Assembly (NCBI RefSeq): GCF_003367075.2
Contig: NZ_CP065936.1
Coordinates: 210,001-242,000 of the forward strand
Source of the DNA: Cylindrospermopsis raciborskii Cr2010
GTDB taxonomy: Bacteria; Cyanobacteriota; Cyanobacteriia; Cyanobacteriales; Nostocaceae
Direction of reading: 5' to 3'
DNA length: 32,000 bases
Shown: piece by piece, positions 1 through 8,579 of the stretch
How positions within the stretch are numbered: the first letter of the stretch is position 1
Layout of the letters: each line of letters begins with the position of its first letter
Notes under the pieces: generated by a model
Told to the model about the DNA's origin: nothing
Seen by the model: only the letters and a program-made list of their open reading frames with translations
Databases searched by the model: none
Program-made: the position numbers and the translations under genes

Positions 1-438
1 GATAATCAAGCCAACGCTAGTTACAATCGCATTCGCAATCTAGTCAACGAAGAACTTAAGTCCTATTTCCGTCCTGAATTTCTCAATCGAGTTGATGAGA
101 TTATCGTCTTCAGTCAGTTGAATAAAGACGAGGTCAAAGAAATTTCCCAGATCATGCTTGAGGAAGTTGCTAAGCGTCTCCAAGAGAAAGGGATTAAGTT
201 AGAGGTGACAGAAGCATTTAAAGACCTAGTAGTTACGGAAGGCTATGATCCTAGTTATGGTGCTAGACCATTACGTCGGGCCATAATGAGACTATTAGAG
301 GATTCCTTAGCGGAGGCCATTTTGTCTGGTGAGATTAGAGAAGGTGACCAGGCCATTGTGGATGTTGATGACGATGGTTTGGTGAAGGTGAAGAAAGCAG
401 AAACCCGTGACTTGGTACTAGTTAGTGCTCCTGCTTAG
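1..438 (+). CDS. clpC: ATP-dependent Clp protease ATP-binding subunit ClpC, C-terminal fragment (5' end lies upstream of the window)
   Basis: Frame 1 is open from base 1 ([40 protein letters not shown]...) and runs into the tracked [18 protein letters not shown] and [16 protein letters not shown] are the conserved D2 small-domain motifs of Clp/Hsp100 ATPases. Stop TAG is at 436-438. Confidence 0.9.
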   Translation, partial: DNQANASYNRIRNLVNEELKSYFRPEFLNRVDEIIVFSQLNKDEVKEISQIMLEEVAKRLQEKGIKLEVTEAFKDLVVTEGYDPSYGARPLRRAIMRLLEDSLAEAILSGEIREGDQAIVDVDDDGLVKVKKAETRDLVLVSAPA

Positions 439-454
439 TATTAGTAATGGTTAG

Positions 455-505
455 TCCTCCCACAATCCCCATGGATTCTATCCATGGGAATTGTCACTAG
501 GAGGA
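455..505. terminator. Long hairpin between the convergent clpC and 352-aa genes (probable bidirectional terminator)
   Basis: ACAATCCCCATGGAT (462-476) pairs with ATCCATGGGAATTGT (480-494), 14/15 bp around a 3-nt loop. An outer TCCTCC (455-460) / GGAGGA (500-505) extension adds to it. The hairpin sits in the 75-bp gap between two stop codons. The U-tracts are weak. Confidence 0.5.
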
Positions 506-513
506 TTGAGCAG

Positions 514-1572
514 CTAACTATCTCCAAAGTCCATGGTCTCAATAAACTCTAAAATATTCTGCTTCATGTCCTCAGCTTCATCTAGAATGGAACCTCGAAG
601 GTCACCAGTAAAAAATGTTCGTTGACTGCTAACTATATACAGAAAATTGCCATTAGTGAATGTCAATAAGCCACGGTACGCATCTAGTCTTGTTGGGTTA
701 CCATTGTTTTCCCTTTGGGAAATGCTTGAGCCTTTAGGCATGTCCACTAATACATAATAATAACTACTTAAAGTATCTTGGAGTAAGCTATCCTGTAGGT
801 ACTCAGTATACTTAATTTCTGCGCCCGGGATATGTTTTAAAATAGCTTGAGGTAAATATCTTTCAATTAAAACAGAGTGGAGATATGTTTCTTGTCCTTG
901 TTCCTCCATAGTTTCTAAATGTTCTTTAGTAAGGGGATAGTAATCAATTCTGATAAAAGTTCCCCCACTGTCAGAGAAACCAACCATTCCCTGTTGACTA
1001 ACAATTTTTCCTCCTCGTTCTGATGTTACAGGTACAACAACTCTGAAATTATTTGAAGGAGATTGGTATATTTCCTGTCCTAATTCATCTACTATGATTT
1101 CCGGTTGTTTTAATTCTTGTGGATCTTCTATTACTGCTATTACCTCTCTAATAACTTCCTCAGCTTCTATATCCTGCAATTCTAAGGCTTGTTGTAGTTG
1201 TTTGATGTATGACTGTTTTTCCTTGGGTATGGTCATACTCTCTTCTTCCAATAGCATTACTACACCAGCAGCAAACGCATCCAAAACTATATCACTTTTT
1301 AAACTTGTATTGGCAGTATTAAATAGGGAACCTAATCCTTCCTCCTGAGCAATAATTACTAGTCTATTGACCATTTCTAAGATTTCCTCTTGGGAGTACC
1401 CATCAAAAACCTGAAATTCTAGTAAGATATCCGCTAAACTTTCCGTGTCTATATCTTCTATAGTACAGTCAACAGCTGCACTAATAATTGCTATAGCTGC
1501 TACTGCTTCCTCTGAATTTAGGGATTCAGTTGTAAATGCTGAGGAATTAAATATTTTATCATACTTGGTCAT
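514..1572 (-). CDS. Hypothetical protein with an acidic helical TerB-like N-terminal half and an unassigned C-terminal domain
   Basis: 352-aa ORF with an ATG start at 1572, in a convergent-gene context. The N-terminus (EEAVAAIAIISAAVDCTIEDIDTESLADILLEF...) resembles the helical, acidic TerB/DjlA-N type repeat. Residues from about 170 to 352 match no motif I recognise. The antisense 84-aa ORF (1094-1348) is a shadow ORF. Confidence 0.65.
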   Translation of the reverse strand: MTKYDKIFNSSAFTTESLNSEEAVAAIAIISAAVDCTIEDIDTESLADILLEFQVFDGYSQEEILEMVNRLVIIAQEEGLGSLFNTANTSLKSDIVLDAFAAGVVMLLEEESMTIPKEKQSYIKQLQQALELQDIEAEEVIREVIAVIEDPQELKQPEIIVDELGQEIYQSPSNNFRVVVPVTSERGGKIVSQQGMVGFSDSGGTFIRIDYYPLTKEHLETMEEQGQETYLHSVLIERYLPQAILKHIPGAEIKYTEYLQDSLLQDTLSSYYYVLVDMPKGSSISQRENNGNPTRLDAYRGLLTFTNGNFLYIVSSQRTFFTGDLRGSILDEAEDMKQNILEFIETMDFGDS

Positions 1573-1913
1573 AATGATAGATCACTCTTATTAATTGGTA
1601 ATATCCCGGTCAGAAAAAATTGACTTTTTATGCTCTCACCAGAAAATTCTGGATTTTCGATTTGACCTTGAACTGGTATATACCCAGAGAGTTATACTCC
1701 GGGTTATCCATAGAGCGCGGTAATAGATCATTAACACCCTGATTAAAATCTGCTATATTATCTCAAATTATGGTTAATTTTTCTCGGTTATCCCAGGGAA
1801 AAATTTATAGCTTTAGAGAGAGTGGGACGATAGCCAACAGCGCCTTATTATATCACAGTTATATCACAAAAAAGCTAAGTTAGGATTAAATTTAACTTAA
1901 CCATGAAAAAATA

Positions 1914-3413
1914 ATGACCAAAAGAACATTTCGTCTCAGTATACTAGGAATATTTATATTCGCCGTCGGTTTACGGTTTTGGGGATTGGCTAGATTTAAT
2001 ACCTTGGTGTTTGATGAGGTTTACTTTGCACAATTTGGCAACAACTATTTAACAAAAACGCCATTTTTTAATGCTCATCCTCCCTTGAGTCAGTACCTAA
2101 TTGGTCTAGGAATTTGGATAGGTAGTCATATTCCCTTCTGGCAAAATAGTCTTAATAGTTTGACGGGTTCCCTATTATCTTCTTGGAGTTATCGTTGGGC
2201 AAACGCATTAACAGGTTCTTTGATTCCGGTGATAGCTATTTTTTTGAGTTATCAGTTAAGTTATCGTCGTGGTTTTGCACTATTAGCAGGTTTATTTACA
2301 GCTTTAGATGGTTTATTTTTAGTAGAATCTCGTTATGCTTTGAGTAATATATATATAGTATTATTTGGCTTACTTGGGCAATGGTTTTTATTGTTGGCAT
2401 TAGAAAAAAGACCTGGGCAAAAGTGGGAGAAATTAATAAAATTACTAGTAGCAGGAATTTGCTTTGGTGCTTCCTTAGCCACAAAATGGAATGGATTGTG
2501 GTTTCTACTAGGTGTTTATGGAATGTGGATAGTGGGCTGGATAATTAGGTGGTTACAACCTGGCAAAAATGAACCAAACCAAGGATTCCATCAAGAATCA
2601 AACGAAGAATTAAGGGTGAAAAACGAGCCAGATATGGTGATAATTCCCCTGGCAAAAATTACCCAGATTAATATTTGGCAGATGGGATTTTTTTTAGGAG
2701 TTATTCCCCTGATTACATATAGTTTGATTTGGATTCCCCACCTCCAACTTGATCGTCGTTATGGATTTATAGAAGTTCATCAACAAATTTTGAACTTTCA
2801 TCTTCATTTAGGGGGTAATGATTCCAGTGTTCATCCTTACTGTGCTCCATGGTATAAGTGGCCATTAATGACTCGACCCATGGCTTATTTTTATCAGAAA
2901 AGCCAAAGTTTTCAGGATCCCCTACCTGTGTTTGGACCACCCTTACCAGCTGCATCTGGCAAAGTAATTTATGATGTTCACGCCATGGGTAATCCTCTTT
3001 TGTGGTGGTTTGGAATTACTGCAATTATATTGTTGTTACAAATTGTATTTATTGGCATTGTTCTTCCATCAATTCAACAAAAACGATTATTTATCCCCAG
3101 AAATATCAGTGTGGATACTTGGATTGGTTTATATGTAGTGATTAATTATGCTGCTAATTTATTGCCTTGGGTGAGGGTGAGTCGCTGTGTATTTATTTAT
3201 CACTATATGAGTGCTTTAGTATTTGTATTTTTGGCTCTAGCCTGGTTTGTGGATTGTTGTTTACGCAGTAATTACAAGTCAATGCGTATTTTGGGTTGGA
3301 CTGTTACTGGTTCCACAATAGCTGCTTTTATTTTTTGGTTACCAATTTATTTAGGGTTACCACTTTCATCAGCAGATTATTGGCTACGTATGTGGTTTAG
3401 GAGTTGGATTTAG
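1914..3413 (+). CDS. PMT-family (GT39-like) phospholipid-carrier-dependent membrane glycosyltransferase
   Basis: 499-aa polytopic membrane protein. The N-terminal loop motif LVFDEVYFAQFGNNYL...FNAHPPLSQYLIG matches the DE-motif loop of protein O-mannosyltransferases. The C-terminal FIYHYMSALVFVFLALAW resembles the PMT C-terminal 4-TM module. Confidence 0.8.
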   Translation: MTKRTFRLSILGIFIFAVGLRFWGLARFNTLVFDEVYFAQFGNNYLTKTPFFNAHPPLSQYLIGLGIWIGSHIPFWQNSLNSLTGSLLSSWSYRWANALTGSLIPVIAIFLSYQLSYRRGFALLAGLFTALDGLFLVESRYALSNIYIVLFGLLGQWFLLLALEKRPGQKWEKLIKLLVAGICFGASLATKWNGLWFLLGVYGMWIVGWIIRWLQPGKNEPNQGFHQESNEELRVKNEPDMVIIPLAKITQINIWQMGFFLGVIPLITYSLIWIPHLQLDRRYGFIEVHQQILNFHLHLGGNDSSVHPYCAPWYKWPLMTRPMAYFYQKSQSFQDPLPVFGPPLPAASGKVIYDVHAMGNPLLWWFGITAIILLLQIVFIGIVLPSIQQKRLFIPRNISVDTWIGLYVVINYAANLLPWVRVSRCVFIYHYMSALVFVFLALAWFVDCCLRSNYKSMRILGWTVTGSTIAAFIFWLPIYLGLPLSSADYWLRMWFRSWI

Positions 3414-3419
3414 GAACGA

Positions 3420-5564
3420 TCAACACTCAAAGCGATCGCACTCCCCAACTTTTTGGTAATTATCAGAAAGTGCTGTTCCTTGAATAGTGAGCATCATAGT
3501 ATTAATCAATGCTTTTCCTTTGAGGAGTGTTTCTTGAAACTCCATTTGGGGATCTGAAAGTGCGACAATACCACCACCAACCCCGATGGAAGTTTGTTCG
3601 GGTGTTATAACAGCAGTACGAATCACAATGTTTAAATCAGCTGAACCATTCAAACCCAAAAAGCCGATCGCTCCTGAATATACTCCTCTTGCTTCTTGTT
3701 CTAATCGGTCAATAATTTCCATAGTTCTGATTTTTGGAGCCCCCGTCATTGAACCACCAGGGAAAGCATTACGAATGCAATCTATAGCAGTCATTCCTTC
3801 ACGTAAATAACCCCGAATAGTTGTTACCAGTTGATGTACAGTGGCATAAGTTTCTACTTCCATTAATTTGGGAACATGAACAGTACCAACTGCACAAACT
3901 CTTCCTAAATCATTCCTAAGTAAGTCCACAATCATCAAATTTTCTGCCCGATCTTTTTCGCTATTGCGTAATCTTTCACCCAGGATAAAATCTTCTTCTG
4001 GTGTTTTTCCGCGTGGGAGTGTTCCTTTAATGGGCTTAGTTTCTACCCAACCTTGAGGATCAATTTTTAAAAATCGTTCAGGAGATGAACAGGCGATCGC
4101 TAGATTACCAAAACGCAAAAATGCCGAGTAGGGAGCAGGATTAATTGAACGTAAGGTGCGATAAAATGCCAGTGGGTCAGGAGTGGTATTTGTTTTAATT
4201 TGATTGGTTAAACAAACTTGATAAGTTTCTCCTTCGTGAATTTCGACTAAACTTTTCTGAATATCATCAAGATAAGTTTTTTCAGATCGACTTAATCGAA
4301 AATTCACTGGTGTTTCTTTCTTTTCAGTAATAACAGGAGACAGAGGAGGTAGATTTTTAAGCTGTTGTTCCATCCATGTAAACCAGGTTTCTGCTGAAGC
4401 TGTTTCTCCTGACACAGTTAGGAAAAGTAAATAAACAGTTTGTTCTTGATGATCAATGGCAATCATGCGATCGGCAAACAAAAACATAGCATCAGGTAAG
4501 GTAGAATGATGCTTTAATTTGACTCCACATTCTGCCTTTAATTCATACCCAAAATAACCCACAAACCCGCAGTTAAAATCAAAGGGTAAATCATCAGATT
4601 TACAGTGTCTTTGTTCTAGTTCCCCCTTGAGATACTCAAAAATTCCCTCTTTCTTCAAACTGATCTGATCATATTTTGTAATTGTTAGTTCTTGAGATTG
4701 TGTTTGATAACGAATCAATAGACTGTTTTCACCACTACTATCTCCCATAAAAGAAAAGCGAGAAAGACCAGGTTCAACCCGACTACTATCTAACCAGAAA
4801 GCATTGGTTGATTCGCCAAACAAATGTACAAACATTTGCTCAGTATTAGGACAAAAACTTAATTTGCGTGTACGAATTTCAAACTTTTGTTGCTGTTTTT
4901 GTTCAGAAAAATTGGTTAATAAAGGTGCATTTTGATTATTTATCATCCAATATTTCTTAGTCATATTTTTGTTATTATCTTGGTTAAATTTATGGGTAAT
5001 CTCTTTAAAATTCTCAAATAAAGTATGTCCATATTCAGTACAGATTGACTCTGGATGAAACTGCACACCCCAACGTGGTAAAGAACGATGACGTATTCCC
5101 ATAATCAAATTGTCTTCTGTCCAGGCCACCTTTTCTAAACAGTCTGGTAAGTCATCTGCAACTAATAAGGAATGATAACGCACCACAGAAAAAGGAGAAG
5201 GAATTCCTGTAAGAACATCAGTTCCATGATGATAAACATCACTCAAGCGACCATGATGAACTTCTGGTGCATGAATAACTTTTCCTCCATACCCATTACC
5301 CAGTCCCTGATGTCCTAAACACACACCTAAAAGCGGAACTTTTGTATTTTGAATAGCTTGATGACAAATGCCAAAATCTTTTAAGTTCTCAGGACGACCA
5401 GGACCTGGTGAAATCACAATATTATCAAATTCCCACTTTTGTAGTTCTTCCCATGCTATTTGGTCATTGTATACTACAATCGGATACTCTCCATTAACTT
5501 CGGCAATTAATTGATAGAGATTGAAAGTGTAAGAGTCATAGTTGTCAATAATTAGAGTTTTCAT
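3420..5564 (-). CDS. pabB: Aminodeoxychorismate synthase, fused glutamine amidotransferase (PabA) and chorismate-binding (PabB) components
   Basis: 714 aa. The N-terminus is a class-I GATase (LLGVCLGHQGL catalytic Cys, QFHPES). The C-terminus is a chorismate-utilising enzyme (SPERFL, PKIRTMEIID, RGVYSGAIGF, IVIRT). The GATase-then-synthase domain order is that of fused PabAB, not TrpE-TrpG. Confidence 0.8.
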   Translation of the reverse strand: MKTLIIDNYDSYTFNLYQLIAEVNGEYPIVVYNDQIAWEELQKWEFDNIVISPGPGRPENLKDFGICHQAIQNTKVPLLGVCLGHQGLGNGYGGKVIHAPEVHHGRLSDVYHHGTDVLTGIPSPFSVVRYHSLLVADDLPDCLEKVAWTEDNLIMGIRHRSLPRWGVQFHPESICTEYGHTLFENFKEITHKFNQDNNKNMTKKYWMINNQNAPLLTNFSEQKQQQKFEIRTRKLSFCPNTEQMFVHLFGESTNAFWLDSSRVEPGLSRFSFMGDSSGENSLLIRYQTQSQELTITKYDQISLKKEGIFEYLKGELEQRHCKSDDLPFDFNCGFVGYFGYELKAECGVKLKHHSTLPDAMFLFADRMIAIDHQEQTVYLLFLTVSGETASAETWFTWMEQQLKNLPPLSPVITEKKETPVNFRLSRSEKTYLDDIQKSLVEIHEGETYQVCLTNQIKTNTTPDPLAFYRTLRSINPAPYSAFLRFGNLAIACSSPERFLKIDPQGWVETKPIKGTLPRGKTPEEDFILGERLRNSEKDRAENLMIVDLLRNDLGRVCAVGTVHVPKLMEVETYATVHQLVTTIRGYLREGMTAIDCIRNAFPGGSMTGAPKIRTMEIIDRLEQEARGVYSGAIGFLGLNGSADLNIVIRTAVITPEQTSIGVGGGIVALSDPQMEFQETLLKGKALINTMMLTIQGTALSDNYQKVGECDRFEC

Positions 5565-5580
5565 TTTGTAAATCTCGCAA

Positions 5581-5707
5581 GTAGGTTGAAATTTTATTTC
5601 CAGAGCTGTTTGTCAATCCCATCTAATATCCTCCCTACGACCACCAACACCTGATATTCCCCGTGGGTGGATAAAAATGTTGGGTTTCGTTCCTCAACCC
5701 AACCTAC
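5581..5707. repeat. Possible MITE-like element bounded by 8-bp inverted termini, with the conserved hairpin repeat core at its right end
   Basis: GTAGGTTG (5581-5588) is the exact reverse complement of CAACCTAC (5700-5707). The core GTTGGGTTtcgttcctcAACCCAACCTAC (5679-5707) is 26/29 identical to 10090-10118. The full-length boundary is weakly supported. The core repeat is well supported. Confidence 0.4.
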
Positions 5708-5940
5708 ACTAAGATTTTGCGCCATTTCAGGAGTGACTACGATATCACATTCCTACCCCTTCGACCACGAAAAAACTTATCTCAACCTCCTATAAATATA
5801 ATTTTTTCTTATTTTTGCCATGTTATTGTGGTAAATTACCTGAGAAGGCGATCGCTCGGTTACTTAAATTCCTTATTATACAATCCTGTTCCACAAGAGC
5901 TTATAATTTTACCGAGAGTGGTGTAAACATTTCAATTCAT

Positions 5941-6936
5941 ATGGCAACCAATCAATTAATATCATTACCCAGTATGGGATGTGGGACATGGTCTTGGGGG
6001 AATCAACTGCTTTGGGGATACAAACAAAGCATGGATGAGCAATTACAAGAGGTATTTAATCTTTGTGTAGATAATGGTGTCACCCTGTTTGACACAGGAG
6101 ATTCCTATGGAACGGGAAAACTCAAGGGAAGAAGTGAAATACTGTTAGGAAAATTCAGCAGAGACTATGAGCATTCCCATCCAGAGAGACTGAATCAACG
6201 CGATATTTGTATTGCGACAAAATTAGCAGCTTATCCTTGGAGATGGACGAGAAAATCCATTATTTCTGCTTGTGATGCTTCCGCTAAAAGACTAGGTAAA
6301 AATGTTGATTTAGTTCAGATGCACTGGTCAACAGCCAATTATGCACCTTGGCAAGAATTAGGCTTATTGGATGGTTTGGCTGACTTATATGCACAGGGTT
6401 TGGTCAAAGGTGTGGGACTGTCTAATTACGGAACTAAAAGACTTTTATGGGTACACAAAAGATTTGCCGAAAGAGGTATACCTATAACAAGTCTACAGGT
6501 ACAATATTCTTTGTTATCAACCTATCCGGTAACGGAATTGGGTTTAAAAGATGTTTGTGATAGTTTGGGGATTAAATTAATTGCCTATAGTCCCTTAGCA
6601 TTAGGTTTACTTACGGGTAAGTTCCGAGAAAACGGCCAATTGCCCAAAGGAATACGGGGAATTTTATTTCGACAAATGTTACCGGGTATTAAGGGACTTT
6701 TGGGAACTTTAGAAGAAATAGCAAATAGTCGAGGTAAAACCATGGGTCAAGTAGCTATTAATTGGTGTATCTGTAAGGGAACAATTCCTATTCCTGGTGC
6801 TAAAAATCGAGAGCAAGCAAAACAAAACTTGGGAGCTTTGGGTTGGTTTTTAAATAATGGTGAGATAGCTGAATTAGATGTTGCAGCTAGCAAGAGTGAG
6901 AAAAAAATGGTGCAGAACATTTTTCAAACTAATTGA
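5941..6936 (+). CDS. Aldo/keto reductase family oxidoreductase
   Basis: MATNQLISLPSMGCGTWSWGN..., FDTGDSYGTG and LVQMHW are typical AKR motifs. I prefer the ATG at 5941 over the TTG at 5815 in the ORF track, because the 42 extra residues look like translated intergenic sequence. Stop TGA is at 6934-6936. Confidence 0.85.
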   Translation: MATNQLISLPSMGCGTWSWGNQLLWGYKQSMDEQLQEVFNLCVDNGVTLFDTGDSYGTGKLKGRSEILLGKFSRDYEHSHPERLNQRDICIATKLAAYPWRWTRKSIISACDASAKRLGKNVDLVQMHWSTANYAPWQELGLLDGLADLYAQGLVKGVGLSNYGTKRLLWVHKRFAERGIPITSLQVQYSLLSTYPVTELGLKDVCDSLGIKLIAYSPLALGLLTGKFRENGQLPKGIRGILFRQMLPGIKGLLGTLEEIANSRGKTMGQVAINWCICKGTIPIPGAKNREQAKQNLGALGWFLNNGEIAELDVAASKSEKKMVQNIFQTN

Positions 6937-8180
6937 CAAGGTGGTTCAAGGTGAAGATAATACCAGACAAAGATAATATAAATTTTGATCCCCATGGGAG
7001 CAACCCCTATTTATGGAAGTTTTGGGGTGTTCTCCCTATTTATCCCTACAATCAACGTCGCACTGTTCGTCAAGAGGTGGTTAAGGATACTATCTGGACC
7101 TTTGATCAAATCCAGGGGGTTTTTTATGTGGTTGTACCCATCCGCATGACGGTGATTAGGTTGGCACAAGGTGGTTTGTTAGTATATGCACCTGTTGCTC
7201 CCACTAGGGAGTGCATTAAATTAGTAAATGAATTAGTGTCCTTGCATGGAGATGTAAAGTACATTATTTTGCCTACAGTCTCTGGACTTGAGCATAAGGT
7301 GTTTGTGGGACCGTTTGCTAGGGAATTTAGTCGAGCAAGGGTTTTTGTAGCTCCCGAACAGTGGAGTTTTCCCCTGAATTTACCTTTGAGTTGGTTAGGT
7401 CTACCAGGGAGGCGCACCCAAATATTACCTGAAGATCCTTATGAGACTCCCTTTGGTGATGAGTTTGATTATGCTATCCTTGGACCAATTAATTTGGGAC
7501 TAGGCAAATTTGGAGAAGTGGCTCTTTTCCATAAGCAATCCCGCACTTTAATGGTTACGGACACAATAGTTTCCGTTTCCGTGGATCCACCAGCAATAAT
7601 TCAATTGGACCCATTCCCCCTACTTTACCATGCTCAGGAAAAAGGTGGTGATACTGTTCCTGATAGTTTACAAAACCGACGGAAAGGGTGGCAAAGAACT
7701 GCTCTCTTTGCTTTTTATTTCCGTCCCAGTGTGGTGGATATACCTCCATGGAAGGATATATGGCAAGATGCCAAAAATTTGTCCCAGCGCAATTTGAGAA
7801 ATTATTTTGGTTTTTTCCCCTTCCGCTGGAAACCAGACTGGGAAGAGTCTTATGAGTTGCTCACCAGGGGAGGAGAAATTTTTGTTGCTCCCGTTTTGCG
7901 AACCCTAATTTTAAACAGGGCTCCCCAAGTAACTATAAATTGGGCAAACCGGGTAGCGAAGTGGGATTTTGCACGGATTATTCCCTGTCATTTTGACGCA
8001 CCCGTTACTGCTACTCCCCAAGAATTTAGAAGAGCTTTTAACTTTTTGGAGAAAGGTTCTGGTGACTCACCGGATAGTAATAATAAGGTGGAGGATGATT
8101 TACAGGTTTTGAGGGATATTGACCAGGGATTAAATAATTGGAAAATTGTCCCACCCGCTCAGGATTATTCAAAACCATAA
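6933..8180 (+). CDS. DUF4336-like conserved cyanobacterial protein
   Basis: 415-aa ORF. NPYLWKFWGVLPIYPYNQRRTVRQEVVKDTIWTFDQIQGVFYVVVPIRMTV matches my memory of the DUF4336 family N-terminus. The start is uncertain. TTG 6933 overlaps the upstream TGA (TTGA), and GTG 6951 is the alternative. Confidence 0.7.
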   Translation: MTRWFKVKIIPDKDNINFDPHGSNPYLWKFWGVLPIYPYNQRRTVRQEVVKDTIWTFDQIQGVFYVVVPIRMTVIRLAQGGLLVYAPVAPTRECIKLVNELVSLHGDVKYIILPTVSGLEHKVFVGPFAREFSRARVFVAPEQWSFPLNLPLSWLGLPGRRTQILPEDPYETPFGDEFDYAILGPINLGLGKFGEVALFHKQSRTLMVTDTIVSVSVDPPAIIQLDPFPLLYHAQEKGGDTVPDSLQNRRKGWQRTALFAFYFRPSVVDIPPWKDIWQDAKNLSQRNLRNYFGFFPFRWKPDWEESYELLTRGGEIFVAPVLRTLILNRAPQVTINWANRVAKWDFARIIPCHFDAPVTATPQEFRRAFNFLEKGSGDSPDSNNKVEDDLQVLRDIDQGLNNWKIVPPAQDYSKP

Positions 8181-8203
8181 TTGAAAACCTTAACCGGAAT
8201 TCC

Positions 8204-8225
8204 AGGGTTCGGTTTACCGAACCTT
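8204..8225 (+). terminator. Stem-loop downstream of the DUF4336-like gene
   Basis: AGGGTTCGG-ttta-CCGAACCTT (7 Watson-Crick bp, plus a G-U and an A-U) is followed by TTATCTTCT. It begins 24 nt after the stop at 8180. Confidence 0.45.
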
Positions 8226-8230
8226 ATCTT

Positions 8231-8509
8231 CTACCGAAAATCCTCATCCACAAAAAAGTCCCCTTCCTCATCAGCGGAATTCCCAGATCCCCCCATGTTC
8301 CCCAACAATTGCCCAAATGATACGGTAATTAAACCGACCACTACCCAAAAGGCTAACATTAACCCAAAGGGAACTTGTATAGATTGAAAAACTAAAAATC
8401 GTAGGGATATTGGTGTGGCATTTTGTACGGAAATTAACGCGATCGCCAGAATCCAAGTAGCTAGAACTACTGATAGAAATAGTGTAAATAGACTGGGGAG
8501 GTTTTTCAT
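8231..8509 (-). CDS. LapA-domain (DUF1049-like) small membrane protein with an acidic C-terminal tail
   Basis: MKNLPSLFTLFLSVVLATWILAIALISVQNATPISLRFLVFQSIQVPFGLMLAFWVVVGLI gives two TM helices in the LapA-domain pattern. I place the start at ATG 8509. The 20 upstream residues in the ORF track (to 8569) look non-coding. Confidence 0.7.
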   Translation of the reverse strand: MKNLPSLFTLFLSVVLATWILAIALISVQNATPISLRFLVFQSIQVPFGLMLAFWVVVGLITVSFGQLLGNMGGSGNSADEEGDFFVDEDFR

Positions 8510-8579
8510 GGTTGAGGAATTAAAAAGGAGTTGGGGGGTCAAAAGGTAGAATTTTCGCTCGTGACCCAATCCCTATTCA

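Noticed and set aside
3420-5564. Alternative call as fused anthranilate synthase (TrpE/TrpG).
   Set aside because: The domain order is amidotransferase first and chorismate-binding second, which is characteristic of fused PabAB. Fused anthranilate synthases normally have TrpE first. This remains unverified without phylogeny.
5717-5926. 69-aa TTG-initiated ORF, and the TTG-5815 N-terminal extension of the aldo/keto reductase.
   Set aside because: Both start at TTG in intergenic DNA. The sequence (RRRSLGYLNSLLYNP..., MPCYCGKLPEKAIARLLKF...) looks like translated non-coding sequence. The AKR homology begins right at the ATG at 5941.
8510-8569. 20-residue N-terminal extension (MGHERKFYLLTPQLLFNSST) of the LapA-domain protein in the ORF track.
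   Set aside because: The internal ATG at 8509 gives the typical N-terminus directly preceding TM1. The extension has no homology-like features.
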